From NCBI GenBank assembly GCA_964252035.1, contig OZ176200.1: 64,000 nucleotides of DNA. One strand, 5' to 3'. Made by a program: the position numbers and the translations under genes. Position 1 is the stretch's first letter; the number at the start of each line of letters is the position of its first letter. The DNA is from Podarcis erhardii (lineage: Eukaryota). This document shows positions 61,292 through 64,000 of the stretch, one piece after another. The notes beneath the pieces were generated by a model. It saw only the letters and a list, made by a program, of their open reading frames with translations, was not told the origin of the DNA and did no database searches.

Positions 61292-61888
61292 TATATTTCT
61301 ATGTAATGTTGGCTAGGTTGATTTCACAGCACATGGAGAAAAGAAGATAATCTCATAGTGGTGCCTGTTATGCTATTTCACCCATTGCATTTAAAGAAAA
61401 AGATATTGATGTCTGCATTTTTAAGCAGTATTATCAATTTCAGCATAAACCTAAAATGTTGGCTTCTTGTTATGACGGAAGCCATAACAAGGACGTGTTG
61501 TTCACAAGTGGGTATCACTTGTGACATTTCCTGAACAGAAGCAACCTTGCTATGGCAAAGACTCAGGCTCTGTAGGCCAGAATCAAGAACCACACAAGGC
61601 ATGGAAGAGGTCCACTCCTTATATATCATAGAGTCCACACTCAAGCAATACTATTGCAGACGACTGACCTGATGCGCACTTGCCAAAAATCATAATAATG
61701 AAGAATGGCTGCCATTAGCTTTAAAACATTCAACTAAAGATTGCAGCGATGTATTGGGATGATATGATTCAGAGAGAAAGAAATGTTGCCATGAAACTGC
61801 CCGAGGGAGGTGCAGGGCTTTTAAAGAGAGCAACTTAAGTCTGTGGTAGAAATGGCTGCACTGGGTAAGTTACAACTAGAAACTATGC

Positions 61889-61999
61889 CTTGTTGCGATT
61901 CGTGCTTCGCTAGTTTCTCCTTGTAGTCAAACCCCACAGCTGAGGAGTCCTGCCTCTCTGTTTGAACACCGAATTTCCCTCCGAAACCACTCTTATAGT
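61889..61999 (-). CDS. CTTN: Cortactin 37-aa actin-binding repeat exon ([37 protein letters not shown]) with a GC donor
   Basis: TTTCTCAG|AC acceptor, 111 nt, phase 1 to 1; donor is AAG|GCATAG. Confidence 0.96.
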
Positions 62000-62129
62000 C
62001 TGAGAAATCCAGGTTATATCACGAGGAAAAAGAAGCAAGAGGAGAGAAGGAGAAGGACAGGAGGAAGAGAAACATATTTAGATACAACATGGACGAACCA
62101 AAAAACAAACACTATTAAAAAGCCCCCAT

Positions 62130-63210
62130 TTTTAAAAAATAAAGTATTAATTTATTACCTGCCCTTAACCCTAAGGTACCAGGGCAGGTTGCAACAATTA
62201 AAACACAATGTTAAAAAACAGATTAAAACAACTTACAATCACAAAAAATAAAAAAATCACAAAAGTAAGGTGGGTCCTAAAAATATGCATCTCAAGTATC
62301 ACAGAAGCTAAATAAAGAAGTTGCCAGACACCTCTATTGGGATGGAGAACCACAGCTTAGGGGCTGCCAGAGAGAATTTTCTTTCCTGGGCCACCCCCTC
62401 CCCATAGCATCTGAGGGTAGTGGAACAAACAAGAGTGCCCCCCTCTACCAATCTTAGAGCTCAAGGGGGTCCAGTAGGGAAGGAGCTGGTCTTTCAGGTA
62501 TCTAGAGGCTGAGTCATTTAGGTCTTTAAACACTAATATGAGTATCTTGGAGCCAGAAACAAAATGGTAACCAGTACAGCTGTTTTAAAACAGGAGTTAT
62601 GTGCTATCTAAATGGAGCCAGAGCCAGTAATCTGGCCACTGTATTTTCGACCAATTTAAGTTTCTGAGTTGTCTTCAAGGGCAGCCCCATTTAGAGCACA
62701 TTGCAATAATCCAATCTGGAAGTTACCAATCGTGGAGTATAATGGCCAGGTCATTTTTTGCCCCAAAGGGACTGAGGCTGATGAACCAGCAGGATCTGAA
62801 AAAGGCACTTCTAGCTTCTAAGCTTGCCTGAGCCGCCAGTAACAAACAGTGCTGAATCCAGGAACAGACCTGCTCCTCCCAGGGGAGTGTAACCCCACCC
62901 AGGACAGGCCATCTCCTCACTTCCTGGGTGTAAGGACTCAGAACACATAACGCCTCTGTCTTTCCAAGATTCAGTCCATCACCGTCTCCAAGCAATTGCC
63001 TCTCCCAACTCAGGTGGTACAAAGAGAGAAAGGTAGGCGCCATCTGCATATTGATGGTACGTCAAATCTCCGCACGACAGCTCCCAGTGGATTCATATAG
63101 AGGTCAAATAGCATGGGGGACAAGATGAAACTCTGCAGGACACCACACGATGACTCCCATGGCGTTGAACAGTAGCCTCCCATAACTACTTTCAGGAACA
63201 CATCATGCAA
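62130..63210 (-). mobile_element. L2 LINE RT and 3' portion (decayed)
   Basis: Minus-strand GVLQSFILSPMLFDLYMNPLGAVVR, NLGKTEAL, LDYCN, followed by the L2 3' tail. Confidence 0.88.
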
Positions 63211-63728
63211 TTCAGAACCAAAATACACATTGAGAAATCTTATGGTTTCAAGACTGTTTTACTTCAGATTGCAGCTGGGAGAAATCACAGCTTGGAATGC
63301 CACACGTTTGAAAGCCCATGCCAAAAATCCCCTGCATATACACAGCAATCACACCAAGGAGAAGAATGTGCTAAATCTTTCTCTGATATACCCATCTTTT
63401 CAAAAGCAGAACGCATTTTTCACAAGGGAAAGCATTCAGGCATACTACTATTTCCCTCTCCACCTCACAATATACAAGTGAAATGGTGCAAACCCATGTA
63501 ATATTTTTGAACATGTAATTTGAAGAATATTTTCACAAGTTTCCCAGTTCCATCAGCCTCAGCCAATGGTTAAGGATGCTGTAGTTTAAAATCTGGATCT
63601 GCTAGAGATCATGTGATGCATATATCTTCCTTCTATGTGAACACAACAACAGTATAGTATACAGTACAGTATACAGGATGGTAATCACTGTACCCCTTTA
63701 TATGTACAGCCAAGAAATATGTATATAC

Positions 63729-63839
63729 CTTTCTGAGATTCGTGCAGTTGTACTTTTTCCTGGTGATCCCAGCCAAGGGCACATTTGTCCTGTCTGTCCG
63801 TCTGCACCCCAAACTTTCCACCAAAACCTTTTGTATAAT
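63729..63839 (-). CDS. CTTN: Cortactin 37-aa actin-binding repeat exon ([37 protein letters not shown])
   Basis: CTATCTAG|AT acceptor, G|GTATAT donor, 111 nt, phase 1 to 1. Confidence 0.98.
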
Positions 63840-64000
63840 CTAGATAGATAAAATAACACAAGGTGTTACTGAGATAATGTTTTTGTCCTGGGGGAGGTTT
63901 AAAGTGAATTTATATATTTAAGAGAGAGTAGCTAGAGGTCTTCTTTCCCTTGCCAACTCAATGTACGAGTAGGATTTTTTTAAAATGGTGGGAAAATATT

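Overview
Vertebrate genomic DNA, very likely a squamate (lacertid-type) lizard, judging from Sauria-SINE and Squam3-like SINEs and lizard-type hAT/Tigger MITEs. It holds the 3' ends of two convergent genes. SHANK2 is on + (four recognisable coding exons: 11125-11255, 16119-16230, 18929-21344, 34500-35073; 3'UTR probably ~6 kb, to ~41.2 kb). CTTN (cortactin) is on - (nine coding exons from 63839 to the stop at 49893; polyA signal 48267-48272). All exon junctions were checked for splice signals and phase. Introns carry many L2/CR1 fragments, SINEs and MITEs with visible TIRs/TSDs. Most notable: (1) a decayed PIF/Harbinger transposon in a SHANK2 intron, whose transposase and Myb/SANT exon are broken but whose last exon (5001-5857) is an intact ~285-codon frame behind an acceptor in phase with SHANK2, so a candidate host-transposon fusion exon; (2) two candidate stop/frameshift microexons (4 nt and 27 nt, both with perfect GTAAGT donors) in the last SHANK2 intron that would give SAM-less isoforms; (3) a near-perfect 65-bp inverted repeat and other hairpins in SHANK2 introns; (4) a GC-AG donor and small indels at phospho-regulatory sites in CTTN. 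Family names and comparisons with human/chicken proteins come from my recall of those sequences, not from database searches.
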